Source of the DNA: Tubulanus polymorphus
Taxonomy: Eukaryota > Animalia > Nemertea
Direction: 5' to 3'
Length of the DNA: 64,000 nt
Assembly (NCBI RefSeq): GCF_964204645.1
Contig: NC_134030.1
Coordinates: 7,544,778 to 7,608,777 of the forward strand
The notes below the pieces were generated by a model. The model made no database searches, was not told the DNA's origin, and saw only the letters and a list, made by a program, of their open reading frames with translations. The position numbers and the translations under genes were made by a program. Of this stretch, positions 22,924-34,996 are shown one piece after another (the stretch's first letter is position 1; the number at the start of each line of letters is the position of its first letter).

Positions 22924-25900
22924 CTGCGAAGACAACAAAACAAAACTACAGCAACTATATGAAACATTCACGGTCAAAACCATCAATCTCCGGGTCATTT
23001 CCAATATCTCGTCAAATCGTCGTATAGATTCTGTCTATTTCCAAGGCAACATCATCTAAGACCATATCATATTTGGGAAATGAATTACCCTATAAATTGT
23101 ATACATACATAACGAGGAAATTCTCATCAACATTCCCGCTTAAGGTGTCTATACCACTAACAATTAGCTGAATGAAAAGCAAATGAAAGCAGCTAGGAGC
23201 ACCAGTATTTTGCCAGCAAAAAACTAATTTCAACAAATTATCTTCAAACGTTTCTACTGCAATGAATAATAATTATCTATGTAATAATAGAAGGTTGGAG
23301 AGAGAGCATGAAGAGCCAGGATGAATCTAGAAGATGGTGCGCATTATGGTCATTTCATTAGCGAGTAACGAATTAACATGTTTACCCCTATCAATCTACA
23401 ATGAATCGAATCAGAAAACTCCTGTGAAGTTCATGCATATTCAGCGATACATCCACCGCCACACGCAAAAAATGACTGGCTATCTCTTTATATCAAAGAA
23501 TTATTACTCGGATACGAAGCGAATTAGTTGAAATATAGGCCTATGTGTGTCTGTGCGTGCTTGGAAATCCTATTACAGAACAGCCGTTATGTGTACATAC
23601 AGCGAACAGTCGGAAAAGGTATTGGAAAACTACATTATTAACATCCCTGTTGTTTTACGACGAGACGAGCTGAGACTCGATCCGTCGAGAGAGTCGACGA
23701 AATGGAATAAATTTTCATTACGCACTCCTCGATTTGCATATCCGCACACGGACTAAGGAACAAATATTTTCTATCTAACGAGAATGACACGCGAGTTTCC
23801 GAAGCCTAGCAAAAACGCAGCGAGAAATTAACCGTAAACATGAAACCGGCTCTTTAAGATTCGGTTCACCCACTGTCACATCAAAACATCGAAACGAACC
23901 TATGGCACAAGCGTTGCGAAAAGTAGTAATTGTATCACGTGGTATCAAAACTACGATGATAGGCATTGGATTATGTTAAATTTCAGTGAGTTTTAGGCAA
24001 AATGGTCAAACTTGTGTTAAAATAGCCCTAACGAATGTCGAATAAGTGTATTTGATTTTAAAACGAAAGCGTAGACAATGTATCGGATCAGTGGAATGGG
24101 ATTTTTAACTGGAACCTTACTTTTCATCGTCTAACTGATATTAATGAGCTAAAATAATGAGCGAAAGATCCAAAAGAAACCAAAACTTGATTTCCCAAGA
24201 TATACGGCTACCGGTAATACTGATAAGAACGGGATGTTTTGCAGAACGAGACGAAAAAGAAACGCGCCGAATGTTTGAATACGAGCAGGAAATCTCTGGA
24301 AAATCCTTCAGCGGAATCATTCCTCCAGGAAACTTCTGTCTACTTAGCTACTTTTGTTATTCATAGACGACCATGCCGTATTGCCCATTGTAATGGATAA
24401 TCACGATTCTGGATATTTGACAAATTGGCCATTTACATCACCAGCAACTGAATGGCATCCTTGAGAAAGCGACATGGGTTGACGGAGGAGCTGACGTAGA
24501 CGGAATGAGATGACCGCCAAAAGCGTGCAGAGACCACACGCCAACAACGACGCAACCAAAACGATCAGAATTAACCATTTTCGTCATGGTAGCTGTCGGC
24601 GCAGACATGTTAGCCGAGCGAAGAATTAATACTGAAGACAGCAATAATTCACCCCTGACAAAAGGCCAAACATTACTCTGGGGATTCGACAAGGAGATGC
24701 TAGTTATTTGCCATACCAGTATGTTGATTGTCATCATTATCATTGAAACAATTGAGATTAACCCCACCCATTGTACCAGGCAGTCGCCTGCCGGTTCAGC
24801 CTGGTTGGAAGATTGTTTAAATTAACCGGAAGCACAGTTTCCCTATTATGTACTTCGATATAAACAAACAATTCTGTAAATGCAACTGTTGATCAAACAA
24901 CTATATCTGCATGTACTTTGATTTCCAATTTAAAATTCAAACCCCCTGTTTCGTTCGCGGCAGATATGGTTGGTCTGTAAGGGACACCAATCAAATCAAA
25001 CGAAATCTTCCTATCAAATGAATAACAGCATCAATCCCTATTTTAAGATCAGAAAACTCTGCTGAAGTTAAATCCAAGGAACTGGTATCATCCTTCAACT
25101 TGCGATATTTGCTAACAAAAGATTTTTCTCTACTTTCTATAGATGAAGTATCTATATATATGAACATGTATGTACCATTTTGGGAATTGGACAGATTTTC
25201 AATCCAAAAAGACGTGACTAGAATCACAAGGAACTTACAGGGATGGGCAAAGCAGGTCGTGATAGTTCATTTACGCGGTATTCAATCAAATTTAATCAAA
25301 TTTATCCGCATTTAAAAACCGGATATGAGCCAAGATGTTCATTAACAATGCACTCCAGTAAATATCCCTGCAACCAACAGCTGTTGCATTGTTCAATAAG
25401 GCACCGATAATAATGACGACGTAATACGCACAATTTTAATAATTCCGCGATAAAATTGCATTGTATTGTCGCCATCTCTTCGTTGTCGGTAATGTAAAGG
25501 AAAATTTGAATTCGATGCCGCGAACAGCTGGATGAAACATGATAATGCATTCATGCTGATATCGATATCAATATCAGTACGAAGCAGCTTAGTAGTGAAG
25601 AACGAAGATGTCCTTAAAGCCTGGCAGGTGAAACTAGCAGAATCTGCACTCATGATTCGGTTTTCCAACCATCGCATAAGGGGACACAAGTTTCTTGTTC
25701 AGCTACTCATAACATCGCACACAGCTATCGAAATAGTGTTTTGATAAACTGAGTTTCATGTCTCGGAGCAAGGGACACAGTCACACCTTCATGGAACAAA
25801 CCAGAAAAATGTTTCGTGTTTATTTCATGCTAGGAGCGTGCTAGACTTTGTAGACATGCGCCAATGGGTTATTAGTTAAGTTGGTTACCCTGACATCAAT

Positions 25901-26164
25901 TTCTCCTGGTTAAATATCCAGTTTTATTTCTGTTGCGAGCTGAGAAATTGCAGGTGTTTTTATAATGAAAATGTGCCGCGTAAGTGGTTTGCTTGGCAGC
26001 GCTGGAAGTGTAAAAAGTGTCGGGTAATCCACGTTTCGACTCTGAGAACAAACACATGTGTGCTGTGAAAGTAAATACTACTTTTTTAAGGTATGGAGAG
26101 GTTTTACACCAATTTGCACTCAAGTTTCGTCTGATACTTAGTTCCGATCGATCCGTTCCAAAAT

Positions 26165-26650
26165 GTAATCCGTTTGATAATTTTTGGCCTAAAATACCCC
26201 CGCAATACTCTCCCCCTGGAAGCCATGGACCACATATCTGCATATCTACATATCTTCATTATGAAAATCTGTTTCGTTTAGAACTTAATCCTAAATCGTC
26301 TTTTTTCATGCATTCAGCACCCCCTAGTAGCCGAATGAAGAATCTTGTGACCTTGAAAGTTTTTTCACAGGGGCGTATATTTCCATAGGCTGCATATCTG
26401 CAACATATCTTTGTAATGAAATATGTTTCATTTACAAGGTGACCTGGAATTGTTACTTTTTCAAGTATTCAGCACCCCCTGGTGGCCACATGGAATATCA
26501 TATGCTTATCATTCCACATCAAATCTGCTTCATTAAAAGTTACATGAAAGCCAGTAGTTTAAAAGGAAATCTCCGGACAAGATTGTGTCCATGGACGGAC
26601 GATGGGCAAGCTGATTCCAGTATTCCCCTACCCCTGTATGCTGTTGCAGG
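26165..26650. repeat. Dispersed repeat; second copy at about 39055-39680
   Basis: Shared blocks TTGGCCTAAAATACC..GCAATAC.CTCCCC...GCCATGGAC.ACATATCTGC, GGCTGCATATCTGCAACATATCTT and CTGGTGGCCACATGGAATATCAT. Confidence 0.8.
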
Positions 26651-27448
26651 GGTAGGAGGGTGGCGTATGGGTTATAATAACGAGTACATGCAGATTTCCA
26701 GCACAATGCAGCCACATGATGAATGTATGCAATAACGAAATTTCGAATTACAGCAAAATAACATGACCCAATCAACGTCGAATCTGGTTATCTAAAATAA
26801 ATTCCATCTCATACACAGAAGCAACGTGGTCGAAGTGAAGCAATTTATTTGCCGGGTATATGTCGACATCATCGCGCAAGTCGACAGAAATGATTTGCGG
26901 CCATATGTCTAATGCCATTTTTGTAGCCGCTCGCTGTTGTATAAAGCTGACAATACACGGTTAGCGCATGATTTGATTTGCTGCGTTGGTACGCAATCAG
27001 AATAGTGTCTGGCGCAATACCATACGCCATATACCACCAGCGTACAGTCGGTACCGAGTCCGCTGACAGAACGACGCGAAGAATATACTCCCAGCTGAAT
27101 CAGCGAATACGAGAATTTGAAGTCATTTCAGCTATATGCGCGTATACAGAATACAAAACTATGATCGACAGATCAGAATTCATATAGTCATATACATGGA
27201 TATAGGAAAATAGAATTATAGGAAATATGAATGTTGACGTTAATACAATAATTCTGTAGTATCTCGTTTCCAATATATCAGTCACTGATGAAATTGAATC
27301 CATTCCATGGCTTAGTAGGTTTAGAGTAGTTTTAGTATTTTTTGAAGAAATATGACATATAAAGTAATAAGGGAGTTAATTTTAACATCCCTCATTTATT
27401 ATGCCTATTTCAGTTATCGGGAGACCAAGCCCACTTGAATATATGTAC

Positions 27449-27662
27449 CTGCCAACCTTTAAAAAGTGCTATCAGTAACTAATCCAATTTTTTTCAGTCA
27501 TGTTGCATTGAAGTATCAAAGAAATTGTTCAAATTAATGAATAGCAAACAGTTAGACCCCCAGTGACATCTTTCATATTTCTGTACGCATCAAACAAATC
27601 AAATCAGTATTTCTCTTTATAAAATAGTAACAAATACTGAAAACCAGGAACAGTTGGCGGCT
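27449..27662. mobile_element. MITE family with CTGCCAAC...GTTGGC(A/G)G termini; other copies at about 32537-32735 and 48920-49086
   Basis: Three loci share the core TGTTCAAATTAAT..GTAA.CAACAGT..GACCC..AGTAACATCTTT.ATAT.TCTGTA.GCATCAAA...ATCAGTATTTCT. Confidence 0.75.
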
Positions 27663-30600
27663 ATGTGTACATCTACCAGGTATTATGTCACAGTAATTTC
27701 CGATTTCTAAGTCAGAAAATCTTATTCATCCAAGAAAAGAAATGAAGATGCTTTAAAAGCATGACATACAGCGAAAATATTGCATGTCAATTTCAATGGT
27801 GGAAGAACATGATATTTCAAACTTCTTTATATGCGTTGTCATGTGTCATTATAACTACCCGGGCTTCTAAGTGTGCATGGTGATCGAGGAAAATGTCAAG
27901 CATACAGTACAAAACCCATTTTTAAGTAAACATGCAACAAAATGGTGTTTCAATAATGCTTAGAATATAACCATTGATAAAACACTATATCAAAAATACA
28001 TAAGAGTCCTCTTTATGTATTTTTGACTATATCCATGTAATGACAATAGTCTACTAGCTTGAGGAAACATTTCCGGACTTTACTTTAAGACAGAAGAGAG
28101 GTTAAGAAATGAATAGCTCTGCATCTATTTCCTAATTAATGAATCAAATATACTTGACCATGACTTGATCAAGGCATTAACACCATTGTAGGCCATAGAG
28201 TGGTCAATGATAAATTTTATTTCATTATGATTATAATAATATTGCCTGCTAATCACGACATACATAGCAGTACTTAAATAATCTTTATAAAAGAAAATCA
28301 TTGTATATGTTTGACGACAAAGTAATATTCTAGTGAATCAAAGACTAGAGGCATTCATTACATTTGATCACACGGCTAAAGTGCGTACGCGCCAGTGACC
28401 ATGTTTACTTCTCAGCTAGTCATATCTGTGGACTCTGGATTCGAGATTTATTCAGAATTACGTGTCAAAATTTTTTCGCTTTAAATTTCATGACTCCTTT
28501 CTAAAGAAAATTAGTCATATCGCGTCCAACACTACTCCGCACCCTCTACGCACTACAAGTATGTGTACATGTAGATTATTAAGGGATTGTTGCGTGCATA
28601 TTCATACTGAGAGGTGACCCTTCACAAATCTATTCTTCTGTCTAACCTACGTTTTTATTTACTATAAAATAAACTGAAGAAGAGTCATGTTGATTTATTC
28701 GTAGGCGTCACAAAAGCATTTGAAAAACCTGTCGTATAGTAATAGGATTAAGGCTCAATGCTGGGTAAAAAAAACAAATACAGGAATAGGGAATTCAAAT
28801 AAGTAGGCCGACAGTGTGCTACTTTTGGTAGTTTGACTTGAATCTTTAAAAAAAAAACTGCTGCCAATAACTGAACTATTATGTCATGACAAGAATTTTA
28901 AAAAAATCAAACAAGATTTCTCAACGGGAAAACAATAGAACCGAGGGTCTACTTCACAGACTGACTTAACATTTCATTTAAGTGTCACTCCTACTATAAC
29001 TTATGAAACTTTAATTTGTTTTATGAAACAACATTCAGGACTTCAGATAAATAGATAGATAGATTCAAACGCAGATAAATGTGTCAAAAAGTTCATCAAA
29101 TATTTCCCCTGGAATATTTCATTCTGGAACAACTGTTGTGATAACATTTGGTTGGGTAAACTTCGTCACTTTCGATTTTCTGTTCAAGGCAAAGTCCAAT
29201 CGGACATGGAGCCCACAAACTGGCAGATTTGCAAAAAGATAATACCAGGATATTGATGAATCATACGAAAAGCCACATAAAAATTTCATGGCGTACAAGA
29301 ATGCAGCTAATTCACATTGTCAGAATAACCCATACTTAGTATGGCAATTTTTTCCAGGCTAATAGCAACTCACCAATATATAGAAGTTATTGATAAGACT
29401 GACGAGTTCTTCAATGTCTTTATCCTCCATGTTTTTCCCGTTTACAGCTTATACATAAGTTATTTTCGCCGATAACAATGCAGCAACGAAGCGGTAACCG
29501 GAATAGTTGCTAGTTTCTGGTTATTCTAATAATTGATGGTTATGCTCTTTGTGTAATTTTTTTTCAATTTTCTCCCAAGTCTCAGCACTAAAAATAGATC
29601 TGCATTGCTTAAAACTGTAACCTTTAAGATGCTAATTTAATTACAGTTGCCGGCTCATTCCGCCATTAAATCTAATTAATTTCCTTACGTCTTGATCAAA
29701 AAAGCTTGTTGTTGTTACGCGTTGCGCCGAGCTGTACCCGGCGTTCGATTCATCAAAGGAATATTGTATAACGTGCGTCTGCAACCTTCAAATTCCGAGT
29801 TGGATTTCAGGAAAAAAATGTCGCTACTCGCAGTCTTAACCGAATGAACAGTTGTTATTCACGAAAATCGCGTTAATCATGAGCGCACCTATAAGATCCT
29901 GCGCACTTCCTGTTTCATCTTGTTGGATATATGTATATATGTAAAAGGTCCTAACGCTGAAAACCGTTCACACCGAACGCCACAAAATGATTAATCATAT
30001 CAAAAACGTCCTTATTTACGGCATACAAATATATACACATAACCAACGCATATCCATACATTCCCTCTACAGTCCGTATGATAACGGCCTTAATCACCGG
30101 CAAAATGAGGTCAGTTTTCCTGGCTTCAGTTGAGGCCTCTAACGGGACGAGCTTTATTCAAAGCTGTTCATAGATAATTGAATATAATTGGCAAATTGGC
30201 CTCTTTAAATGTCTAATTATAACCCGACTTCACAGGAACGAGTCAACGGTCTTATGTGTAACGAAGCGCCTTTGATTTGTTCTTAGAACGTATATCTTTG
30301 TATACGCCGGAACATTGTTGCTTATAAGTCGCGCTTTGTTCGTCCTCATTATAAGAGAGTTGAAATGAATGGAGGAATTTTTATTTTACGATGAAAATAA
30401 CTCTTGTCGCAGACCAGATAGACTGAATTTCTGAGATTGGTATTATCCCGTATTGAAAGTTGACGATGATTCGGATGACTTAGATTCAAAGGACTTACGT
30501 TATTTTTTTTATATTGATATTTGTCGCAGATTTCATTTATGTCGGAATTAAGAGCAACTGTATATGTAAATCATGTTAAACTGAAATTCATAAAAAGATC

Positions 30601-32027
30601 AGTATAATACAGACCAATCAATCTTGAAATCGAATCGATCATTCAATCAATTAATCATGCTCCTGTTTAAACTAATAAGAACGAAGCAAGCAGCTAATAA
30701 AGGATTCAATAAATTTGATTCAAATTATGATGAGTTGCTTATTACGACAATCAGCCATCTTTGAATCTGAAATACTGTATAATCAGCAACTTGACTCCAG
30801 ACAAGTATCGAGGTCTAAAACTGTGCTCGCAGAGAAGACAGAATGGGAACAAGCTTCACAAACCCTGCCGTCAAATCAACTTCTCTCCAGTGAAAATTGG
30901 CTCTGAATTATCCTATGTATCACCTGCATCACTATGTATCTTCCTGCATTTTATCACGGAGAGCCATTTCAAGCTAAATAATCATCAAGGCATTTTAGTG
31001 GGCAGGTGGTACTGCATATGAAATAATAATATAACACTCTCTAAGTCGCAAACGAACTGACTAATGTGAAATATAGATAAAGCTATCCGGAGAAAAATTC
31101 ATTCTCTATTCAATTATCCCGATAAATTACGTTGATATACGTGACTGTATTCCGGGGACACGCCTTGATTCCTATTCATCCGGAAACAATAGGCACCTGT
31201 CTTCTTGTACATCATTTACAATCGCAATTCCACCACCTGAATTTCGATGATCAAAAGTGAAATTCTATTCATCGAAATTTCTTTCATCTCTGATAAAGTT
31301 TTCGCCCTATTTTTAAAATGGAAAAAGACCCATACCACATCTATCGCGCCCATGAAGATCCTCATCGAATGCGCAACGCTCGTGACTTAATTTGCCAGCT
31401 GACCTATCATATATAAACATGATTTCAGGATTTATGGTGTCCTTTACGTGATAGTAAAGTGTCTGAAAAACATTGTCAAATTGTTCGAAAATGGATAAGT
31501 AAGGGGCGGATCGGGTTGAGAATTTTAAGGGGAGGGTGCAGCCCTGACAGGACACTGTTACTTGTGGAGCAATAAACTGGCCAGTAGGCAAGCACCAGGG
31601 TTCTGAAACAACACCGATTTTGTTGGAATTTTCTGCTGTTCGGATCAAAAATGGCCGATTAGAAAATTTCACCCTTGCACCCCTGGAGAATGAAGACACT
31701 ATTCATTCCATTTGATCAATTCAGAGAAATGGTTCTTAATCATATCAGAATCATGCTTATTGATAATTGCAGGTTTCTGATTATTTATTCATTGGATCAA
31801 GCTAATAGCCACATGCCGAGGTGGGATATAAATGTGCATCAACCGATGAAGGAGGAAGGCATGGCCCTCAGCGGGAACAGTATCAAACAAACGTGCATAT
31901 TCAATATTTCCGTTTGGAAGCGCAGAATTTGGAGGAAATTTCTTCAAAACAATTTTTTCTCAGAAGCCATATCTTGATATCATAGTGAAAAGCGAAGAAA
32001 CCTTTGAATTATTTTCATATATCTTAC

Positions 32028-32039
32028 CTTCAGCCTCCT
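32028..32039 (-). CDS. PHLDB: Candidate 12-nt PHLDB microexon (RRLK)
   Basis: Long U-rich tract + TGCCTGCAACAG acceptor, AGG AGG CTG AAG, then donor GTAAGA; frame-preserving in a phase-0 intron. Confidence 0.65.
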
Positions 32040-32295
32040 CTGTTGCAGGCAGATAAAAACAAAAAATAGGTTTTTAAAAATGTGTTTGTCTATAATAAGC
32101 ATTCGTTTGTATCAGTAAAAACGCTTAGTTTCATCCTGTACATCATAATCAAAAGAAAGAGGTCACTATGGCAGCCATCACGGATACCATCGATATTTGG
32201 AAACCGATGGAAGACCCATCATCACCACCACAGCGCTTACGAGATCGATATTGAAAATGAGTTTTTCAATAACCATTATTAAGGTAAGCGCTCAC

Positions 32296-32433
32296 CTTTT
32301 CCCGTTCGATGGTTGCTATGTCGATTTGTTCCCACTGTTTATGTTTTAATCCGTTTATCGTCTCCTGGTCGTGTTGAAGCTCCGACATTTCCAGTCGGTG
32401 TTCACCTTCCAATAAAGCACGTTCGACCTCGAG
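32296..32433 (-). CDS. PHLDB: PHLDB exon LEVERALLEGEHRLEMSELQHDQETINGLKHKQWEQIDIATIEREK
   Basis: TTGCAG acceptor, AAG|GTGAGC donor, 138 nt. E.ERALL.GE motif of LL5. Confidence 0.92.
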
Positions 32434-33049
32434 CTGCAATAATTAGATAGTCGATTAAGACTGAGACACTTAAGAAGATGATAATGAATATTGCAATCCA
32501 CGCAATTGAATGAGCGCTCAGCAGACAGTAGCACAGGGCTGCCAACCTCTGAAAAGTACTAGCAGTAACAAATTTAATTTTTTTTTCAGTAACATTTAGG
32601 AAAGCAAATGTTCAAATTAATCAGTAATCAACAGTAAGACCCTCAGTAACATCTTTTATATTTCTGTATGCATCAAATCAAATGTACAAATAAAATCAGT
32701 ATTTCTTGTTATAAAGAAGTTACAAATACCGAAAATCCAAATTGAATCAAACGTATTCCAAGCTCCTTTAGAATTGAATCATTACGATAGACCCTCCATG
32801 AAAGTCAAGACCCTCCCTAATTCACTATGACATCATCAAATGACCTACTGGTGATTGGATCTTTTCCCAGCTATGTTTTTATGTCTCAATAAAAGTAGGC
32901 AATTTGGATGACTTCACAGGGGGGATTATTAAGAGGCGACCATTTCTAACGGATCATTCGCTGTAATCGAGATTCAACTCAGAAGTAGCTGTTATGATGT
33001 ATGACTGAAACTGGTTACAGAGGGACTACCATTACTATAGCTGCGATCG

Positions 33050-33310
33050 AGCAAAGCCAAATTTGTTCACATGGGTGCTAAATAGGCCTGTGCCTGACCA
33101 AAAAGGCCAGACAAGGCCCAAGGCAAATTCTAGCACGGGTCCAATGGGTCTGCAAATGGTTCCAGAAGTGACTCACTTCATTTTGTTTAAGGATGGTTTA
33201 GTATCAAGTGAGTGGTTTACGAGTGATCGCGCTTTCTAATTGGCATGAGCTAAATTTGACTCGGGCCTGATCTGTGCTAAAATTTGGCCCAGGCCAAATC
33301 GTCTCTGTGC
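33050..33310. repeat. Dispersed repeat family; related copies at about 18740-18830, 53820-54025, 56020-56225 and 57365-57550
   Basis: Shared blocks TTCACATGGGTGC.AAAT, GACCAAAA, AAATT.TAGCA.GGGTC, AAATTTGACTC.GGCCTGAT and CCAGGC.AAATC.TCTC. Confidence 0.7.
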
Positions 33311-33365
33311 TTATCATACTACTCATATAAATACTATTGGAATCTTGGTTCATATGGACACATAC

Positions 33366-33491
33366 TTCGCGTATGGCTTCCTCTTGTTGTGACTCGATCT
33401 CAACGATCAGTTGTTTCAAATGCGAAATCTTATGCATCATTTCCGTACGATTTCTACACAGTTTCATCACAGCCTTCTGTATATCGGACTC
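33366..33491 (-). CDS. PHLDB: PHLDB exon ESDIQKAVMKLCRNRTEMMHKISHLKQLIVEIESQQEEAIRE
   Basis: TTTCAG acceptor, GAA|GTATGT donor, 126 nt, phase 0/0. Confidence 0.9.
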
Positions 33492-33930
33492 CTGAAATAA
33501 TCATACAAAACAATACATCATTTTTTACTTGAGTGGAGTTTGAGCTAAAACCTTGAACTCGGCATGTTTTCAACCTCGTAATAATACACAATATCTGACT
33601 GCTCAACAATCGATATACCTAGGTATCAAGTATCTGCACACACTTTTTAAATGCGTTAAAATATAAACGATTTGGCAGAAACCCAACGCGTGAAGTGCTT
33701 TCCTCTTGTTGTGGTTATAATCAATATGAAGATTGTGCAACTGGGCATTTGCTGCTAACTATGTACAATCTTCTTACATTCAAAGGCATTCTTCTAGATT
33801 CAAAGGCATTTATGGCTTTTGTAACATATGGAGTGCAGGGAGTTAGAGAATATGTCGTAATATCAGGTATTCACAGAAATGTGTATCTCATCTCGAATCT
33901 CAGTTTCTACATCGAGCCGTATAATCCTAC

Positions 33931-34179
33931 CTCTATTTGATCAATGGATTTGCCTTGCAAAAGACTGCTTAGATCTCCGGCACCTTCGCTCGATACGGAA
34001 ACGTCACTGTTGCCATGTCGCGGCGACCGGTGTAACCGCGGTGATCGCGACGGCGAACCGTGTTGTAGGCGGTGCAGTCGCGGAGACGTAGCCGGCGATT
34101 TCGGAATGTTTACTTTCAGTTCGTTCATGACTTCCAGTTTGTCTTTCGGAGGACGATGAACGACGGCCTGCGTTCGAAT
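33931..34179 (-). CDS. PHLDB: PHLDB exon IRTQAVVHRPPKDKLE...SPRLHR...KSIDQIE
   Basis: TTTTTTCAG acceptor, GAG|GTAGGA donor, 249 nt, phase 0/0. Confidence 0.88.
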
Positions 34180-34996
34180 CTGAAAAAACAATTTAAGGGA
34201 TATGGTTGTTTCGCCCACAATATAAATTCAACAAACAGTTCTTATAATTTACGGTCTGACGTTTCGGGAGGATTACTTCCAACCATCTTCAGAGATTTAT
34301 TTGAAAATACGATTCAAATAATTATTTTCAAATATAAATCTCTGAAGATGGGTGGAAGTTATCCTCTGAAACTTCAGAACAAAAGGAATAAGTTTGTTGA
34401 ATTTATATCATGGGTGAAACAACTATATATCGAGATTGAAAATAGTCTCAACTATCTACAATAAAAGGGATCTTCGAAGAGCACAATCTTTTTGAATAAC
34501 AATGGAGCTATAATTTACATCAATGCGCAGAGACCCATTCAATTTACAATTCTAAATGCTACATAATACTGATTCAAGTCAAGACACAAAAATCTGCCTG
34601 AATAAAAAGCTCTGAATAAGCGGTCACGCATAATTAATTAGATCGACAACAATTTCCCTTTTTCTGAGGGTTTTTATGGATGAGTTGCGTTCGTGGTATG
34701 GATTTTCTCTTGATTACACACAGCAAGGGAAATATTCAATTGATGACTTGTGGGGTTTTAATATTGACACAGGATCAGCTAGCCGTATTCACAATAGTCG
34801 GCTGAATGCACTGTGCATGCTTCATTAACTATTGCTGCCTTCTAAAGCCCCTATGACATCATCAAATAACCTACAAGCTCAGATTGGAAGATTTCTAAGC
34901 CATGTATCTGGAAGTGTCTATTGATCGAATCGAGTTGTTTTGGGATGCAGCTGCAATCTTTAAAGGAAGGGTCTATTCAATAACGAAAGTACTTAC

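Noticed and set aside
24112-24150. Possible microexon ending at a GTAAGG donor
   Set aside because: The available acceptors give 10, 14 or 28 nt, none frame-preserving.
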